Notes under the pieces: generated by a model
Databases searched by the model: none
The model's input: only the letters and a program-made list of their open reading frames with translations
Told to the model about the DNA's origin: nothing
Part shown: positions 11,427 to 26,153 of the stretch, in pieces
Layout: every line of letters starts with the position of its first letter
Position numbering within the stretch: the first letter of the stretch is position 1
Translations under genes and position numbers: made by a program
Assembly: GCF_003334315.1 (NCBI RefSeq)
Contig: NZ_QOWR01000003.1
DNA: 64,000 nt
Source: Escherichia coli
Lineage (GTDB): Bacteria > Pseudomonadota > Gammaproteobacteria > Enterobacterales > Enterobacteriaceae
Strand: one strand, 5' to 3'

Positions 11427-12398
11427 TTACGGCAGAATTGACGGCTGATCCGCCCCTTCTTTTTCCACTTTCTGCTGCAACATGTGTTCGCGCTTCATAC
11501 CCAGTTTCAGAGCCAACGCAGATGCCACATAGATGGAAGATGCAGTACCGATGGAAACACCGATAAGCATGGTCAGCGAGAAGCCTTCCAGTACCGGACC
11601 ACCGAAGAGGTACAGCATCAGGATAACCATCAAGGTAGTACCGGATGTGATCAAGGTACGGTGCAGCGTCTGGGTCAAGGACACGTTAAAGATTTCGTAA
11701 GGCGTACCGCGACGGATCTTGCGGAAGTTTTCACGAATACGGTCCGATACCACGATACTGTCGTTAAGCGAGTAACCGATAACCGACATCAACGATGCCA
11801 CAATGGTCAGGTCAATCTCGATATGGAATAACGACAAAATACCCAGCGTAATGATAACGTCGTGCGCCAGCGCAATAACCACCCCTGCCGCCAGTCGCCA
11901 CTCAAAGCGGAAACCTACGTACACGAGGATAGACAGCAGCGCTGCCATCAACGCCATCGCACCGGTTTGCGCAAGGTCTGCCCCCACGCTCGGACCGACG
12001 AACTCAATACGCTTCACTGCTGCATTCTGATTGGTGGATTCGTTAATCACCTTCAGAACCTGGCTGCCCAACACCTGACCGCCGGTTTCGCCTTCAGCAG
12101 GCGGCATACGGACCATGATGTCATGGCTGCTACCAAAGTTTTGCAGCATCGGCTCTTCAAAACCGGCTTTTTGCAATGCATCACGCATTACGTCAATTTC
12201 AGCCGGTTTTTCGAGCGTAATTTCAATAACCGTACCACCGGTGAAATCCAGCCCCCAGTTAAAGCCGCGCACGCCCATAATAACGATAGCAGCGATTAAC
12301 AGCAGACCAGAGATGCCGAAAGCCCAGTAGTCCCAGCGCATAAAGTCATAGACTTTACGGCCGTGGTTTAGTTGTTCAACAGTATATTCCTGTGCCAC
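11427..12398 (-). CDS. secF: Protein translocase subunit SecF
   Basis: ORF track 11427..12443 trimmed to in-frame GTG at 12396-12398 ([20 protein letters not shown]...) preceded by GAGGAG Shine-Dalgarno; 323 aa. Confidence 0.93.
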
Positions 12399-12408
12399 AT
12401 CGCACTCC

Positions 12409-14256
12409 TCAGATTGACAGCTTCTTGACGCGCTTGCCGCCATATAGCAGGTTTACGATGGCACGCGTACCGACAATCGCGGTAAACATCGACGTCGCCA
12501 CACCGATACCGGTAGTAATCGCGAACCCTTTAATTGCCCCGGTACCCACTGCGTACAGGATGATGACTTTAATCAGCGTGGTGATGTTCGCATCGAAGAT
12601 AGAACTGAATGCGCCACGATAACCTTCATCAATTGCCTGTTGAACAGTACGTCCGTTGCTCAACTCTTCTTTAATACGTTCGTTGATCAGTACGTTCGCA
12701 TCGACCGCCACCGCAAGGGTTAAGACGATACCCGCGATACCTGGCATACTCAGCGTTGCGCCTGGCAACAGCGACATAATGCCGACGATTAAGATCAAGT
12801 TGGCAATCAGAGCACTGGTCGCAATCAGACCAAACTTCTTATAGAAGATGATCATGAACAGAATAGAAACCAGCAGACCGGCAAGGCAAGCCTCCAGCCC
12901 CTGTTCAATGTTCTGCATACCCAGGGTTGGGCCAATGGTACGTTCTTCAACAATCTGAATCGGCGCGATCAACGCACCGGCACGCAGCAGCAGTGACAGC
13001 TGACGGGCTTCGTTCGGGTTGTTGATGCCGGTGATACGGAAGCTGTTACCCAGACGAGACTGGATGTTGGCGATGTTAATCACCTCTTCCTGTTTCACCA
13101 GAACCGCACGACCATTTGCATCTTTCTTACCGCTGTCTTTGTACTCCACAAACAGGGTTGCCATCGGTTTGCCGATGTTGTCCTTAGTGAAGTTAGACAT
13201 GATGTTACCACCAGCGCTATCGAGCGAGATGTTAACCTGCGGTTGGTTGTATTCGTCCTGGCTGGAAGTGGAGTCGGTGATATGGTCACCGGTCAGAATT
13301 ACGCGTTTGTACAGCACAACTGGCTGACCTTCGCGGGTCTGTTTCACTTCAGAGTCGCCCGGTACGCGACCGGATGCCGCAGCGGCCTGGTCAACGTTGG
13401 TGTTTACCAGACGGAATTCCAGCGTTGCCGTCGCACCCAGAATCTCTTTCGCACGCGCAGTGTCCTGAATACCTGGCAGTTCAACAACGATACGGTCAGC
13501 ACCCTGACGCTGAACCACCGGCTCCGCCACGCCAAGTTGGTTTACACGGTTACGCAGGATATTAATGTTCTGCTGCACCGCATATTCACGCGCTTCACTC
13601 AGACGAGCATCGCTCATTACCGCACGCAGCTGGTTGCTGCCCTGGCTGCTAATCACCAGGTCCGGATGGCGCTTGCTCAGATACGCAATGGCTTCATCAC
13701 GAGCTTTAGCATCGCGGAAAGTGATGCTCAGGCCGTAGTTGTTTTCTTTACGAACAGTGGTATACGGGATGCCCTTTTCGCGCAGGTCACTGCGTAGGCT
13801 ATCGATATTTTGTTCCTGGAGTTTGCCAAGCGCGGTGTCCATATCCACTTCCATCAGGAAGTGAACGCCGCCACGCAGGTCAAGGCCGAGCTTCATCGGC
13901 TCAGCGTGAATAGCTGCCAGCCAGCGCGGCGTTGCCGGGGCAAGGTTAAGCGCCACGACGTATTTGTCACCCATAACGCCCATTAATGCTTCACGAGCGC
14001 GCAACTGGGTGTCAGTGGAGTCGAAGCGCGCAAGAATAGCGCCCTCTTCCAGTGCCACAGACTTAGCAGTTATTTTTTCTTCTTGTAACGTTTTCTGGAC
14101 CTGGATCAGCGTTTGCTCACTGGCGGCGACTCCGCGCGCACCAGTGATCTGAACAGCCGGATCCTCACCAAACAGGTTGGGAAGCGCATACAGCAGACCG
14201 ATGACAATCACCACGATCAGCATGACGTACTTCCACAAAGGATAACGGTTTAACAC
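12409..14256 (-). CDS. secD: Protein translocase subunit SecD
   Basis: 615-aa [34 protein letters not shown]... Confidence 0.97.
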   Translation of the reverse strand: MLNRYPLWKYVMLIVVIVIGLLYALPNLFGEDPAVQITGARGVAASEQTLIQVQKTLQEEKITAKSVALEEGAILARFDSTDTQLRAREALMGVMGDKYVVALNLAPATPRWLAAIHAEPMKLGLDLRGGVHFLMEVDMDTALGKLQEQNIDSLRSDLREKGIPYTTVRKENNYGLSITFRDAKARDEAIAYLSKRHPDLVISSQGSNQLRAVMSDARLSEAREYAVQQNINILRNRVNQLGVAEPVVQRQGADRIVVELPGIQDTARAKEILGATATLEFRLVNTNVDQAAAASGRVPGDSEVKQTREGQPVVLYKRVILTGDHITDSTSSQDEYNQPQVNISLDSAGGNIMSNFTKDNIGKPMATLFVEYKDSGKKDANGRAVLVKQEEVINIANIQSRLGNSFRITGINNPNEARQLSLLLRAGALIAPIQIVEERTIGPTLGMQNIEQGLEACLAGLLVSILFMIIFYKKFGLIATSALIANLILIVGIMSLLPGATLSMPGIAGIVLTLAVAVDANVLINERIKEELSNGRTVQQAIDEGYRGAFSSIFDANITTLIKVIILYAVGTGAIKGFAITTGIGVATSMFTAIVGTRAIVNLLYGGKRVKKLSI

Positions 14257-14283
14257 GGCAATTCCCTTAGGGAAAAATTTTAA

Positions 14284-14616
14284 TTACAGCGCCTTCATGG
14301 TGCCTTTCGGCAGGACGGCAGCTACGAAGTCACGTTTAATAACTACTTCAGTGGTGTCATTCAGCGCGATAGCAATGTAGCCGTTTTCCGCTACTTTGGT
14401 TACGCGACCAACCAGGCCACCGTTCGTCAGAACTTCATCACCTTTGGCAATGGAGTCCATCAGCTTTTTGTGTTCTTTGGTGCGCTTCTGCTGTGGACGC
14501 AGGATCATGAAATAGAAAATCAGACCGAATACCACCAGCATCAAAATCAAAGACATCGGGCTACCTTGCGCCGGTGCACCCGTTGCCGCTACCGCATCAG
14601 AAATAAAAAAGCTCAT
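14284..14616 (-). CDS. yajC: Sec translocon accessory subunit YajC
   Basis: ORF track 14284..14646 trimmed to ATG 14614-14616 (MSFFISDAVAATGAPAQGSPMSLILM...), 110 aa. Confidence 0.93.
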   Translation of the reverse strand: MSFFISDAVAATGAPAQGSPMSLILMLVVFGLIFYFMILRPQQKRTKEHKKLMDSIAKGDEVLTNGGLVGRVTKVAENGYIAIALNDTTEVVIKRDFVAAVLPKGTMKAL

Positions 14617-14638
14617 TAAATTTCCCTCATTATTAATA

Positions 14639-15781
<1,143 letters not shown>

Positions 15782-15821
15782 TCAGAAAAACAGTCCAACG
15801 TTTTAAACCAGCGCCGCGGAA

Positions 15822-16892
15822 TTACTCCCCGACGCGCTCATTAATTGCCTGCGGATTGTACGTGATAAACATCGCATCACCGTAACTAAAAAAGCGATAT
15901 TTCTCTTCTACCGCTGCTTTATAGGCGTTCATGGTGTGTTGATAACCGGCAAAGGCCGAAACCAGCATAATCAGCGTCGACTCTGGCAAGTGGAAGTTCG
16001 TCACCAGCGCATCGACCACTTTGTACTGGAAGCCCGGATAGATAAAGATTTGGGTATCGTCGAAGAACGGTTCAATGAGATCGTTTTTCGCTGCCTGAGC
16101 CGCGCTTTCCAGCGAACGTACTGAAGTGGTGCCAACCGCAATCACCCGGTTACCGCGCGCTTTCGCCGCCAGTACCGCGTCTACCACATCCTGCGGTACT
16201 TCAGCGTATTCCGAGTGCATGATGTGATCTTCAATGGTGTCGACGCGCACCGGCTGGAAGGTGCCCGCACCAACGTGCAACGTCACAAACGCCATCTCCA
16301 CGCCTTTGGCGCGCAATTTTTCCAGCAAAGGCTCGTCAAAATGCAGACCTGCGGTCGGGGCTGCAACCGCGCCCGGTTTTTCGCTATAAACGGTTTGATA
16401 AAGTTCGCGGTCAGCGTCTTCGTCCGGACGGTCGATATACGGCGGCAGCGGCATATGGCCGATGCTGTTGAGAATATCCAGCACCGAGCGTTCATCATTA
16501 AATTCGACTTCAAACAGTGCGCCGTGGCGCGCGGTCATTGTTGCGTTAATACTTTCGTCATCGCCCAGCAGCAGTTCTGCGCCAGGTTTTGGCGCTTTCG
16601 AGGCGCGAATATGCGCAAGAATGCGTTTGTCGTCGAGCATCCGTTCAACCAGCACTTCAATCTTGCCGCCGCTGGCTTTACGCCCAAACAGGCGCGCCGG
16701 GATCACGCGGGTATTATTAAAAACCAGAAGATCGCCGGGGTTGAGCTTATCAAGTAAATCGGTGAAAGTACCGTGCGTCAGCGCGCCCGTCGGCCCGTCC
16801 AGCGACAGTAAACGACAGCTACTGCGTTCAGGCATGGGATAGTGGGCAATCAGGGATTCGGGCAATTCAAAGGAGAAATCGGTAACGCGCAT
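15822..16892 (-). CDS. queA: S-adenosylmethionine:tRNA ribosyltransferase-isomerase
   Basis: 356-aa [32 protein letters not shown]... Confidence 0.97.
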
Positions 16893-16984
16893 GACACTGA
16901 CTCAGACTAAAATAAGAGGCGGGTAGTCTAGTGCCGGGGCGCTCTCCCTGCAACCTTTACCCCCTTTTGGATAGAATATAATCG

Positions 16985-17566
16985 ATGAATTTTTTAGCTC
17001 ACCTGCATTTAGCCCATCTCGCGGAAAGCTCGCTTTCCGGCAATTTACTGGCTGATTTCGTACGCGGAAATCCTGAAGAAAGTTTTCCGCCCGACGTCGT
17101 GGCTGGCATTCATATGCATCGACGTATCGACGTATTGACTGACAATCTGCCGGAAGTCCGCGAAGCACGGGAGTGGTTTCGTAGTGAAACGCGCCGCGTT
17201 GCGCCTATTACGCTGGATGTCATGTGGGATCACTTTCTTTCCCGCCACTGGTCGCAGCTGTCGCCGGACTTTCCGCTACAGGAATTTGTCTGTTATGCCC
17301 GCGAGCAAGTGATGACGATTTTGCCGAACTCACCGCCACGTTTTATCAATCTGAACAATTACTTGTGGTCAGAGCAGTGGCTGGTGCGCTATCGCGATAT
17401 GGATTTCATCCAGAACGTGTTAAACGGCATGGCAAGCCGCCGCCCACGTCTGGATGCCCTGCGTGACTCCTGGTACGATTTAGACGCTCATTATGACGCC
17501 CTCGAAACCCGCTTCTGGCAGTTTTATCCGCGGATGATGGCGCAGGCGTCACGCAAGGCGTTATAA
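16985..17566 (+). CDS. acpH: Acyl carrier protein phosphodiesterase
   Basis: 193-aa [35 protein letters not shown]... Confidence 0.93.
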   Translation: MNFLAHLHLAHLAESSLSGNLLADFVRGNPEESFPPDVVAGIHMHRRIDVLTDNLPEVREAREWFRSETRRVAPITLDVMWDHFLSRHWSQLSPDFPLQEFVCYAREQVMTILPNSPPRFINLNNYLWSEQWLVRYRDMDFIQNVLNGMASRRPRLDALRDSWYDLDAHYDALETRFWQFYPRMMAQASRKAL

Positions 17567-17570
17567 AACG

Positions 17571-19385
17571 TTAGTTCATCCATACCGTAGCCGAAATGGC
17601 AGGCAAAGCCAGAATCCCGTCAGTCAGTTGCCCATGCCCTTCTTTGCATTGCCATTGCACGGCATTGAGAAACGGTGACGCGGGTAGCACCACTTCACAG
17701 GCCTCGCCACGGTTGATTGCCACCAGTACACGTTGCTGATTCAGCACGCGGACAAATACCACCACGTTATCTTCCGCATACAGCACCTGACAGCCGCCAT
17801 GACGTAGCGCCTGACTTTTCTTACGCAGCGCAATCATTCGCTGGTACAGCGCGAATAACGCCGTATCCTGCTTTTCCACCTGCCAGGGGAACGGTTTACG
17901 GCAAAACGGATCGTTTTTGCCATCCAGTCCTACTTCATCACCGTAATAAATGCACGGTACACCAGGCCAGGTGAACAGCCAGACCACCGCCAGCGGCAGG
18001 CGCGCAATATCCCGACCGAGCAGCGTTTTAAATCGCGCAGTATCGTGGCTGTCGAGCTGATTAAACATACGTAATTGTTGTTGATGAGAAAGCCCTGCGC
18101 GGTAATTATCCATCCAGGCCATACAGGTTTGGGCATCAATTTGCTGCGGATCGTAAGAGATATCGGTATTGGCAAGAAATCCCCACAACGGGAATGTGAA
18201 GCCACGATAGTTCATGGCGGCATCTTCCACATCGGCCTGTAACCATTGCCGTGCATCGCCAAAATGTTCGCCGACAATATACGCTTCCGGCTGGGTTTCT
18301 TTCGCCGCTTCGGTGATCCCGGCAACGTGCTGCATATTATTGCGCGCCCCACCCGCCTCCCCCAGCATATGCACCACATCCAGCCGCCAGCCGTCCATAT
18401 TCCACGGCGCTTTCAGCCAGTGGCGGACAATACTGTCTTCCCCGCGATAAATTTCATTCACCAGACTTTCCGACTGATAATCCAGCTTCGGCAAGCTGGC
18501 ATAGCCAAGCCAGTCGAGCGCCGTGCCATCATCACTAAACGAGTACCAGTCGCGCCAGGGCGATTCGGGGTTGTGACAAGCACCACCCGTGCCACGATTA
18601 TGCCTGTCAAACCAGGCATGGGAATCGCCACTGTGGTTAAACACGCCGTCCAGCACCAGCCGCATTCCCAGCTGCTGCGTATTGTGTCGCAAACGCAGCA
18701 ACGCCCCATCACCGCCAAACTGCGGATCGACATGGCGATAATCCTCGGTATCGTATTTATGTACGCTGGGAGCTTTAAACACCGGATTGAGATACAGCGC
18801 TGTCACGCCAAGCTTTTTCAGATACGGCAGTTTTTCGCTTATCCCGTCCAGATCGCCGCCATAGAACGTTGATCCGCCCGCCTGCGCCGTGACCGGTTCA
18901 TCCCAGTCACGCAAGATGATCTCTTGTCCGGCTGCATGATGGTAATAGACATGATCCTGTTCAGCTTCACGAGGAAGACTACGCGCAAAACGATCAGGGA
19001 AGATCTGATAAAAAATCTGATCCGCAGCCCATTGTGGGCCGATATCCGGTACATCGACGGCAAACTGCTCCAGTCGTGCCGGCGGCATTCGGCTGAAGCC
19101 CTGCGGTGTAAACCAACGCTGGCGATCGTGCCACAGCAGTTTGAAACTGTAACGCCGCCGGGGTTGTCCGCTGGAGAGATCAATCGCCGCACGCCATGCG
19201 GTGACGCCAGGCTGCGGCTGACTGCGCTGCTTATGCATCGGTACTGACATTTCTTCGTTATCGTGTTCTGTACGCAGCATAATGCGCTGCGGTGGGTCTT
19301 CGCCCGTCAGCCACAGTGTAATGAGCAGTTGATCTTTGCTTTGTTTAACAAATGGGGGCACCGGCAGGTGCCATGCATTTAACAT
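17571..19385 (-). CDS. malZ: Maltodextrin glucosidase
   Basis: ORF track 605 aa ([18 protein letters not shown]...); start placed at second Met to give 604 aa; GH13 alpha-amylase family motifs. Confidence 0.94.
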
Positions 19386-19543
19386 CATAATTCCCCTGTG
19401 ATGAAAATCTGATCACCTTGCCATAGCCTAATGCAGGATCACTCATCATCTGAAGGATATTTGGGGGAGGAGGACGGGGGCGGATAACTTTCGGAATAGC
19501 CGGATCAGGATTTCCTCCTGAACCGGCTTACAGAACGCAAGGA

Positions 19544-20917
19544 TTACTGGTTTTCAGCCAGCTGACGATCGTGGCGGCGTTTAAACATCCAGCCAATCAA
19601 CAGCACAACAATCCACGCGAAACCGACATACAGCGAGATACGCGTATCCGGGTGATAACCAATCAACCCGATAATAAAGAGCAGGAAAATCAGCCCGCCG
19701 ATGGTCGTTGCTACCCCACCCGGCACTTTAAATTTCAGCGCCTTAACTTCTTCTGGCGGCAAACGGCGACGGAAGGCAATTTGCGACAGCAGGATCATAA
19801 TCCACACCCACACCGTGGCGAAGGTTGCCAGCGAAGCGATCACCAGGAAGACGTTTTCCGGCATGATGTAGTTCAGATACACCGCAAACAGCAGCGCGGT
19901 AGTCATCACCAGCACCGTAACCCACGGAATACCGCGACGCGACGTTTTGCTGAAAATTTTCGGCGCGCTGCCCTGCTCTGCCATACCGTGGAGCATACGG
20001 CCTACGCCAAATACATCACTGTTAATTGCCGACAGCGAAGCAGTCAGCACAACAAAGTTAAGAATGCTGGCGGCAAAGGTAATGCCCATATGCTGGAACG
20101 TCAGCACGAACGGGCTACCGGCAGTGCCAACCTGATTCCACGGGTAGATAGACATAATGACGAACAGCGTACCGACGTAGAACACCAGAATACGCATCGG
20201 CACGGAGTTAATCGCACGCGGTATCGATTTCTCAGGATCTTTCGCTTCACCGGCGGTAATCCCGATAATTTCGATCCCACCGTAAGCAAACATCACCATT
20301 TGCAACGACATTACCATGCCAAGCCAGCCGTTACTGAAGAAGCCGCCGTTGCTCCACAGGTTATGAATACCGGTCGGTTGCCCGCCGTTGCCAATCCCCC
20401 AGATGATGATGCCGAAACCGGCGACAATCATGATGATGATGGTGGCGACTTTAAAGAACGAGAACCAGAATTCCAGCTCACCGAATACCTTCACGCTCAT
20501 CAGGTTTACGGCGCAAATGATCAGCACCACGCTCAGTACCCAAATCCAGTGCGGCACCGTCGGGAACCAGACACCCATATAGATACCAAAAGCGGTCACA
20601 TCGGCGATGGCGACAATAAGGATTTCAAAGCAGTAGGTCCAGCCGGTAATGTAACCTGCCAGCGGGCCGAGGTTTTCCTGCGCATAACGCGAGAAAGAGC
20701 TGGCGGCCGGGTTATGTACCGACATTTCCCCCAGCGCACGCATAATGATATACGCCGCGATACCACCGATAATATAGGCCAACAACACGCTCGGACCGGC
20801 CATTTTGATGGCGTCTGCCGAACCGTAAAACAGCCCGGTGCCAATTGCTGAACCCAGTGCCATAAAGCGTATGTGGCGGGTACTTAGCCCACGCTTTAGC
20901 TTGTTCTTACTTTCCAT
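19544..20917 (-). CDS. proY: Proline-specific permease ProY (APC family)
   Basis: ORF track 458 aa ([34 protein letters not shown]...); start at second Met. Confidence 0.93.
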   Translation of the reverse strand: MESKNKLKRGLSTRHIRFMALGSAIGTGLFYGSADAIKMAGPSVLLAYIIGGIAAYIIMRALGEMSVHNPAASSFSRYAQENLGPLAGYITGWTYCFEILIVAIADVTAFGIYMGVWFPTVPHWIWVLSVVLIICAVNLMSVKVFGELEFWFSFFKVATIIIMIVAGFGIIIWGIGNGGQPTGIHNLWSNGGFFSNGWLGMVMSLQMVMFAYGGIEIIGITAGEAKDPEKSIPRAINSVPMRILVFYVGTLFVIMSIYPWNQVGTAGSPFVLTFQHMGITFAASILNFVVLTASLSAINSDVFGVGRMLHGMAEQGSAPKIFSKTSRRGIPWVTVLVMTTALLFAVYLNYIMPENVFLVIASLATFATVWVWIMILLSQIAFRRRLPPEEVKALKFKVPGGVATTIGGLIFLLFIIGLIGYHPDTRISLYVGFAWIVVLLIGWMFKRRHDRQLAENQ

Positions 20918-20992
20918 CAATTCCTAACCCATCAACACAATAAAAAACCACGGGGCATCGCAGCCCCGTGGTTAAAACAAATGTTCAGTGAT

Positions 20993-22312
20993 TTAGTGAG
21001 CGCTGGAGGTCACCTGACGACCTGCCGCGCGATCCCAGATAATGGCCAGAACCACCATCACCACTGTTGGCATTAACCACGCCAGACCTTGTTCGGCCAG
21101 CGGTAAACGCTGCGCCCAGGACGGTAAGATATCGCTGAATGCAGATGCTTTGATCCCGTCGAGAATACCAAAAAGCAGGCTGATAAACATCGGCGGAGCA
21201 ATCACGCGGGACGAATTATGCCACCATGAGCGTGTAAAACTTAATACAACCAGTGCGATACACGGCGGATAAATAGCGGTCAGCACCGGTACGGAGATCT
21301 GGATCAGCTGGCTTAAGCCGAGGTTAGAAACCACCATCGAGAAGCCGCCGAGGATAAACACCAGCGTACGATAAGAGAGCGGTACGTACTGGGCAAAGAA
21401 TTCTGCACAAGCACAGGTAAGGCCAACTGCCGTTACCAGGCAGGCGATGAAGATTAACGCCGCCAGCAGGAAGCTACCGCCGCCGCCAAAGGTGTGCTGA
21501 ACGTAAGCATGCAGAATAGCAGCGCCGTTTGCAGACTGATCGACCAGCGACGCGCTGTCTGACCCCAGACGGAACAGCGCCAGGTACAGCAGAGTCAGAC
21601 CAACACCCGCCATCAGGCCAGCCCAGACGGTATAACGGGTCAGCAGACGCGCTTCGGTAACGCCACGAGAACGCGCCGCGTTAACAATAACGATACCAAA
21701 CACCATTGCGCCCAGCGTATCCATGGTCAGATAGCCGTTAACGAAGCCGTTAGAAAACGCAGCGTTTTGATAAGCCTCAGTCGCCGTGCTGATAGAACCC
21801 GCCGGCCAGACAATCGCGGCAACAGACAGGATGACCAGCGCGATAATTTTCAGCGGCGCAAGGAAGTTGCCCACGGTATCCAGCAGCTTGCCCGGATAGA
21901 GCGAAACCAGAATAACGATAGCGAAATAGACCAGGCTGTAGATAAACAGCGGCAGCGCGGAATCACCCGTCAGCGGCGCAATCCCCACTTCAAAAGAAAC
22001 GGTAGCTGTACGCGGCGTAGCGAAAAGCGGCCCCACCGCTAGGTAACAAACCGTTGCCAGCAGTACGCCAGCGACTTTACCGATTGGCGTGCTGAGGCTG
22101 TCAACACCGCCGCCAACTTTTGCCAGCGCCACTACCGTTAATACCGGCAGGCCAACGGCAGTAATGAGGAAGCCGAATGCCGCAGTCCAGACGTGTTCGC
22201 CTGCCTGTAAGCCGACCATTGGAGGGAAAATAATGTTACCTGCGCCGACGAACAACGCAAATGTCATAAAGCCCAGAGCGATGATATCGCGCGATCTTAA
22301 TTGATGGGTCAT
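20993..22312 (-). CDS. brnQ: Branched-chain amino acid transport system II carrier
   Basis: 439-aa [34 protein letters not shown]... Confidence 0.95.
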   Translation of the reverse strand: MTHQLRSRDIIALGFMTFALFVGAGNIIFPPMVGLQAGEHVWTAAFGFLITAVGLPVLTVVALAKVGGGVDSLSTPIGKVAGVLLATVCYLAVGPLFATPRTATVSFEVGIAPLTGDSALPLFIYSLVYFAIVILVSLYPGKLLDTVGNFLAPLKIIALVILSVAAIVWPAGSISTATEAYQNAAFSNGFVNGYLTMDTLGAMVFGIVIVNAARSRGVTEARLLTRYTVWAGLMAGVGLTLLYLALFRLGSDSASLVDQSANGAAILHAYVQHTFGGGGSFLLAALIFIACLVTAVGLTCACAEFFAQYVPLSYRTLVFILGGFSMVVSNLGLSQLIQISVPVLTAIYPPCIALVVLSFTRSWWHNSSRVIAPPMFISLLFGILDGIKASAFSDILPSWAQRLPLAEQGLAWLMPTVVMVVLAIIWDRAAGRQVTSSAH

Positions 22313-22661
22313 AAATCATACTGCCTGTGGATGTGGTGTTGTAACGTTAAATTTTTGTGCCAATCCCTGGGGATGATACAGCGGTATATTTAAACAATTT
22401 TAGCGGGAAATACTCCCAACCAGGCGCGGCGAAGAATAGTTTTTCGATTTACCGCGTTAATGCAGTCAGTATGACAGCACCTGAAGCGCAATTTAAACGC
22501 TTATAACGTTTTAAAGCAAGGAGGGATCTAAAAACCAGAGGTATATAGCGATAAGAAATCACCAACCAGTATAAAACACTATTTCCGTGAAAAAGACATG
22601 GCTAATCATGCGAACAAAAAACCACCAACCGTTGTAAAATCTAACGCCCATATTTTGACTG

Positions 22662-22691
22662 CAAAGAAAATAAGCCAGCATCGGCTGGCTT
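22662..22691 (-). terminator. Putative rho-independent terminator of phoBR
   Basis: Hairpin AAGCCAGC-ATCG-GCTGGCTT then T-rich run on minus strand just downstream of phoR stop. Confidence 0.5.
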
Positions 22692-22718
22692 ATGGCAATA
22701 AAAGATGACAAAGGCGGA

Positions 22719-24014
22719 TTAATCGCTGTTTTTGGCAATTAAACGTTCCGGGATAACAAAACTGAAACGTGTTCCTTTTCCTACTGTACTCTCAATATTC
22801 AGGCGACTTTCGTGATGATTCACCGCATGTTTCACGATCGCTAACCCTAATCCGCTACCGCCGGTTTGCCGGGAACGCGCTTTATCAACGCGATAAAAAC
22901 GCTCGGTCAGGCGCGGAATATGCTCCGGTGCAATGCCCGGTCCGTTATCTTCAATGCTAAATTCGGCACCGTGCGGCACTCGCTGCCAGCGTACGGTGAT
23001 ATGCGTACCTTCCGGCGTATGATTCACGGCGTTATAGACCAGGTTCGAAATCGCACTGCGTAGCTGATCTTCGTTGCCAGACACCTTGAGGCCGTTATCT
23101 ATCTCAAAGGTAAATGTCTGTTTTTTCTGACTCAGAGTCTGAGCCTCGCGCTCAACAACGCGCAGCATCATCGGCACATCAACCTTTTCATTGAGCAAAT
23201 GCGTCGGTGCGGCTTCTATTTTCGACAGCGTCAGTAATTGCTTCACCAGCCCTTCCATCCGCTGGGTCTGCTCGCGCATGGTGTGCAACGCTTTTTCACG
23301 TACCGCGCCTTCCAGCGGTTGCTCATCCATCATCTCCAGGTAACCCTGTAACACGGTCAATGGCGTACGTAACTCATGGCTCACGTTGGCAAAAAAGTTA
23401 CGCCGCGCCCCTTCCAGTTGATGCATTTGCGTGACATCACGCGCCACCATCAGTAACTGTTTGTGGGTATAAGGCATGACGCGAATTTCCAGATGCCGCC
23501 CGGTGTTGAGCACCAGATTGAGCGGGCGAGAAAAATCACGCGTTTTCAAATATTGCGTAAACTCCGGGTAACGCAGCAGGTTAAGGATGTTCTGCCCGTT
23601 ATCTTCCGGCCAGCGCAAACCAAGAATCTGTTGCGCCAGACCGTTACACCAGAAAATACCGCCCTCTTCCGTGGTCAGCACCACTGCGTCGGGCAGCGAC
23701 TCCGCGCCGCTACGAAAGCGTTTAATCAGATTGCCCAGTTCACGGCGGCGTTTTTTATTTCGCAGCTGCATCTGGTGTAAGCCGTATAGTAGCGGCTCCC
23801 AGCTACCACGCCCCGGTGGCGGGGTCATACTACGATCCACCCACAGCCACCATGAAAGGCGCAATAAATTCCAGAAATGCCAGATAAGCAGTCCCGTTAC
23901 CGATGCCAGCAAAAACCAGGGCAGGTAACCAAAAAATGCACCCAGGATGAAAGCCGGGAGGCAGCAAAGTAGCAGCTCCAGCACCAGCCTTTTCCACGAC
24001 AGCCGTTCCAGCAC
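22719..24014 (-). CDS. phoR: Phosphate regulon sensor histidine kinase PhoR
   Basis: 431-aa [30 protein letters not shown]...; H-box [11 protein letters not shown]. Confidence 0.97.
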   Translation of the reverse strand: MLERLSWKRLVLELLLCCLPAFILGAFFGYLPWFLLASVTGLLIWHFWNLLRLSWWLWVDRSMTPPPGRGSWEPLLYGLHQMQLRNKKRRRELGNLIKRFRSGAESLPDAVVLTTEEGGIFWCNGLAQQILGLRWPEDNGQNILNLLRYPEFTQYLKTRDFSRPLNLVLNTGRHLEIRVMPYTHKQLLMVARDVTQMHQLEGARRNFFANVSHELRTPLTVLQGYLEMMDEQPLEGAVREKALHTMREQTQRMEGLVKQLLTLSKIEAAPTHLLNEKVDVPMMLRVVEREAQTLSQKKQTFTFEIDNGLKVSGNEDQLRSAISNLVYNAVNHTPEGTHITVRWQRVPHGAEFSIEDNGPGIAPEHIPRLTERFYRVDKARSRQTGGSGLGLAIVKHAVNHHESRLNIESTVGKGTRFSFVIPERLIAKNSD

Positions 24015-24071
24015 GTAAGATACTCCAGTTAAGAAATCATAAGCCCTGCTCTGCGTCCGATGAACAAGGCG

Positions 24072-24761
24072 TTAAAAGCGGGTTGAAAAACGATATCCTG
24101 TACCGCGCACGGTCTGCACCATGCGGTCATGCCCGCCGGGCTCCAGTGCTTTACGCAGGCGACGAATGTGGACATCGACCGTGCGGTCTTCCACATACAC
24201 GTTAGTTCCCCAGACGTGGTTTAACAGCTGCTCGCGGCTGTACACGCGCTCAGGATGCGTCATAAAAAAGTGCAGCAGTTTAAATTCTGTCGGCCCCATC
24301 TCCAGTGGCTCTTCGCCCGCCATCACCCGGTGAGATGTCGGGTCGAGGCTTAGCCCCTGCATCTCAATCACCTCTTCCACCGCCATTGGCGAAATACGGC
24401 GCATTACCGCTTTGATTCGCGCCACCAGCTCCTTCGGCGAAAACGGCTTGGTGATATAGTCATCCGCGCCGGTTTCAAGGCCGCGCACGCGATCTTCTTC
24501 TTCCCCTCTGGCGGTCAACATCACCACTGGAATATCCCGGGTCATCGACTCGCGCTTGAGGTGTTTGATGAACTGGATACCGGAGCCGCCAGGTAACATC
24601 CAGTCAAGGAGAATTAAATCCGGCCAGGGTTCATTCAGTTGATTCACAGCACTGTCATAATCTTCCGCTTCGACCGGCTGAAAGCCATTTTGTTCGAGCA
24701 CGAAGCAGACCATTTCGCGAATTGGAGCTTCATCTTCTACGACCAGAATACGTCTCGCCAT
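24072..24761 (-). CDS. phoB: Phosphate regulon response regulator PhoB
   Basis: 229-aa [42 protein letters not shown]... Confidence 0.97.
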
Positions 24762-24814
24762 GATTTGCCCTGTTGTAATAAATAGGTTGCGATCATTAAT
24801 GCGACGTCATTATG

Positions 24815-24842
24815 CGTCAGATTTATGACAGATTTATGAAAA
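24815..24842 (-). promoter_or_regulatory. Pho box of the phoB promoter
   Basis: Reverse complement reads TTTTCATAAATCTGTCATAAATCTGACG (tandem CTGTCAT-type repeats) about 55-80 nt upstream of phoB ATG. Confidence 0.7.
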
Positions 24843-24950
24843 GCTCGTCGCACATATCTTCAGGTTATTGATTTCCGTGGCGCAGAAAAAAGCAAATGGC
24901 ACATCTGTTTGGGTATAATCGCGCCCATGCTTTTTCGCCAGGGAACCGTT

Positions 24951-26153
24951 ATGCGCATCCTTCACACCTCAGACTGGCATCTCGGCCAGAACTTCTACAG
25001 TAAAAGCCGCGAAGCTGAACATCAGGCTTTTCTTGACTGGCTGCTGGAAACAGCACAAACCCATCAGGTGGATGCGATTATTGTTGCTGGTGATGTTTTC
25101 GATACCGGCTCGCCGCCCAGTTACGCCCGCACGTTATACAACCGTTTTGTTGTCAATTTACAGCAAACTGGCTGTCATCTGGTGGTACTGGCAGGAAACC
25201 ATGACTCGGTCGCCACGCTGAATGAATCGCGCGATATCATGGCGTTCCTCAATACGACCGTGGTCGCCAGCGCCGGACATGCGCCGCAAATCTTGCCTCG
25301 TCGCGACGGGACGCCAGGCGCAGTGCTGTGCCCCATTCCGTTTTTACGTCCGCGTGACATTATTACCAGCCAGGCGGGGCTTAACGGTATTGAAAAACAG
25401 CAGCATTTACTGACAGCGATTACCGATTATTACCAACAACACTATGCCGATGCCTGCAAACTGCGCGGCGATCAGCCTCTGCCCATCATCGCCACGGGAC
25501 ATTTAACGACCGTGGGGGCCAGTAAAAGTGACGCCGTGCGTGACATTTATATTGGCACGCTGGACGCGTTTCCGGCACAAAACTTTCCACCAGTCGACTA
25601 CATCGCGCTCGGGCATATTCACCGCGCACAGATTATTGGCGGCATGGAACATGTTCGCTATTGCGGCTCCCCCATTCCACTGAGTTTTGATGAATGCGGT
25701 AAGAGTAAATATGTCCATCTGGTGACATTTTCAAACGGCAAATTAGAGAGCGTGGAAAACCTGAACGTACCGGTAACGCAACCCATGGCAGTGCTGAAAG
25801 GCGATCTGGCGTCGATTACCGCACAGCTGGAACAGTGGCGCGATGTATCGCAGGAGCCACCTGTCTGGCTGGATATCGAAATCACTACTGATGAGTATCT
25901 GCATGATATTCAGCGCAAAATCCAGGCATTAACCGAATCATTGCCTGTCGAAGTATTGCTGGTACGTCGGAGTCGTGAACAGCGCGAGCGTGTGTTAGCC
26001 AGCCAACAGCGTGAAACCCTCAGCGAACTCAGCGTCGAAGAGGTGTTCAATCGCCGTCTGGCACTGGAAGAACTGGATGAATCGCAGCAGCAACGTCTGC
26101 AGCATCTTTTCACCACGACGTTGCATACCCTCGCCGGAGAACACGAAGCATGA
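24951..26153 (+). CDS. sbcD: Nuclease SbcCD subunit D
   Basis: ORF track 24909..26153 trimmed to ATG 24951 ([20 protein letters not shown]...), 400 aa, calcineurin-like phosphoesterase. Confidence 0.95.
   Translation: MRILHTSDWHLGQNFYSKSREAEHQAFLDWLLETAQTHQVDAIIVAGDVFDTGSPPSYARTLYNRFVVNLQQTGCHLVVLAGNHDSVATLNESRDIMAFLNTTVVASAGHAPQILPRRDGTPGAVLCPIPFLRPRDIITSQAGLNGIEKQQHLLTAITDYYQQHYADACKLRGDQPLPIIATGHLTTVGASKSDAVRDIYIGTLDAFPAQNFPPVDYIALGHIHRAQIIGGMEHVRYCGSPIPLSFDECGKSKYVHLVTFSNGKLESVENLNVPVTQPMAVLKGDLASITAQLEQWRDVSQEPPVWLDIEITTDEYLHDIQRKIQALTESLPVEVLLVRRSREQRERVLASQQRETLSELSVEEVFNRRLALEELDESQQQRLQHLFTTTLHTLAGEHEA

Noticed and set aside
19571-20851. 426-aa plus-strand ORF antisense to proY
   Set aside because: Entirely within the proY coding region on the opposite strand; His/Arg/Gln-rich composition; proY on the other strand has a clear transporter sequence.
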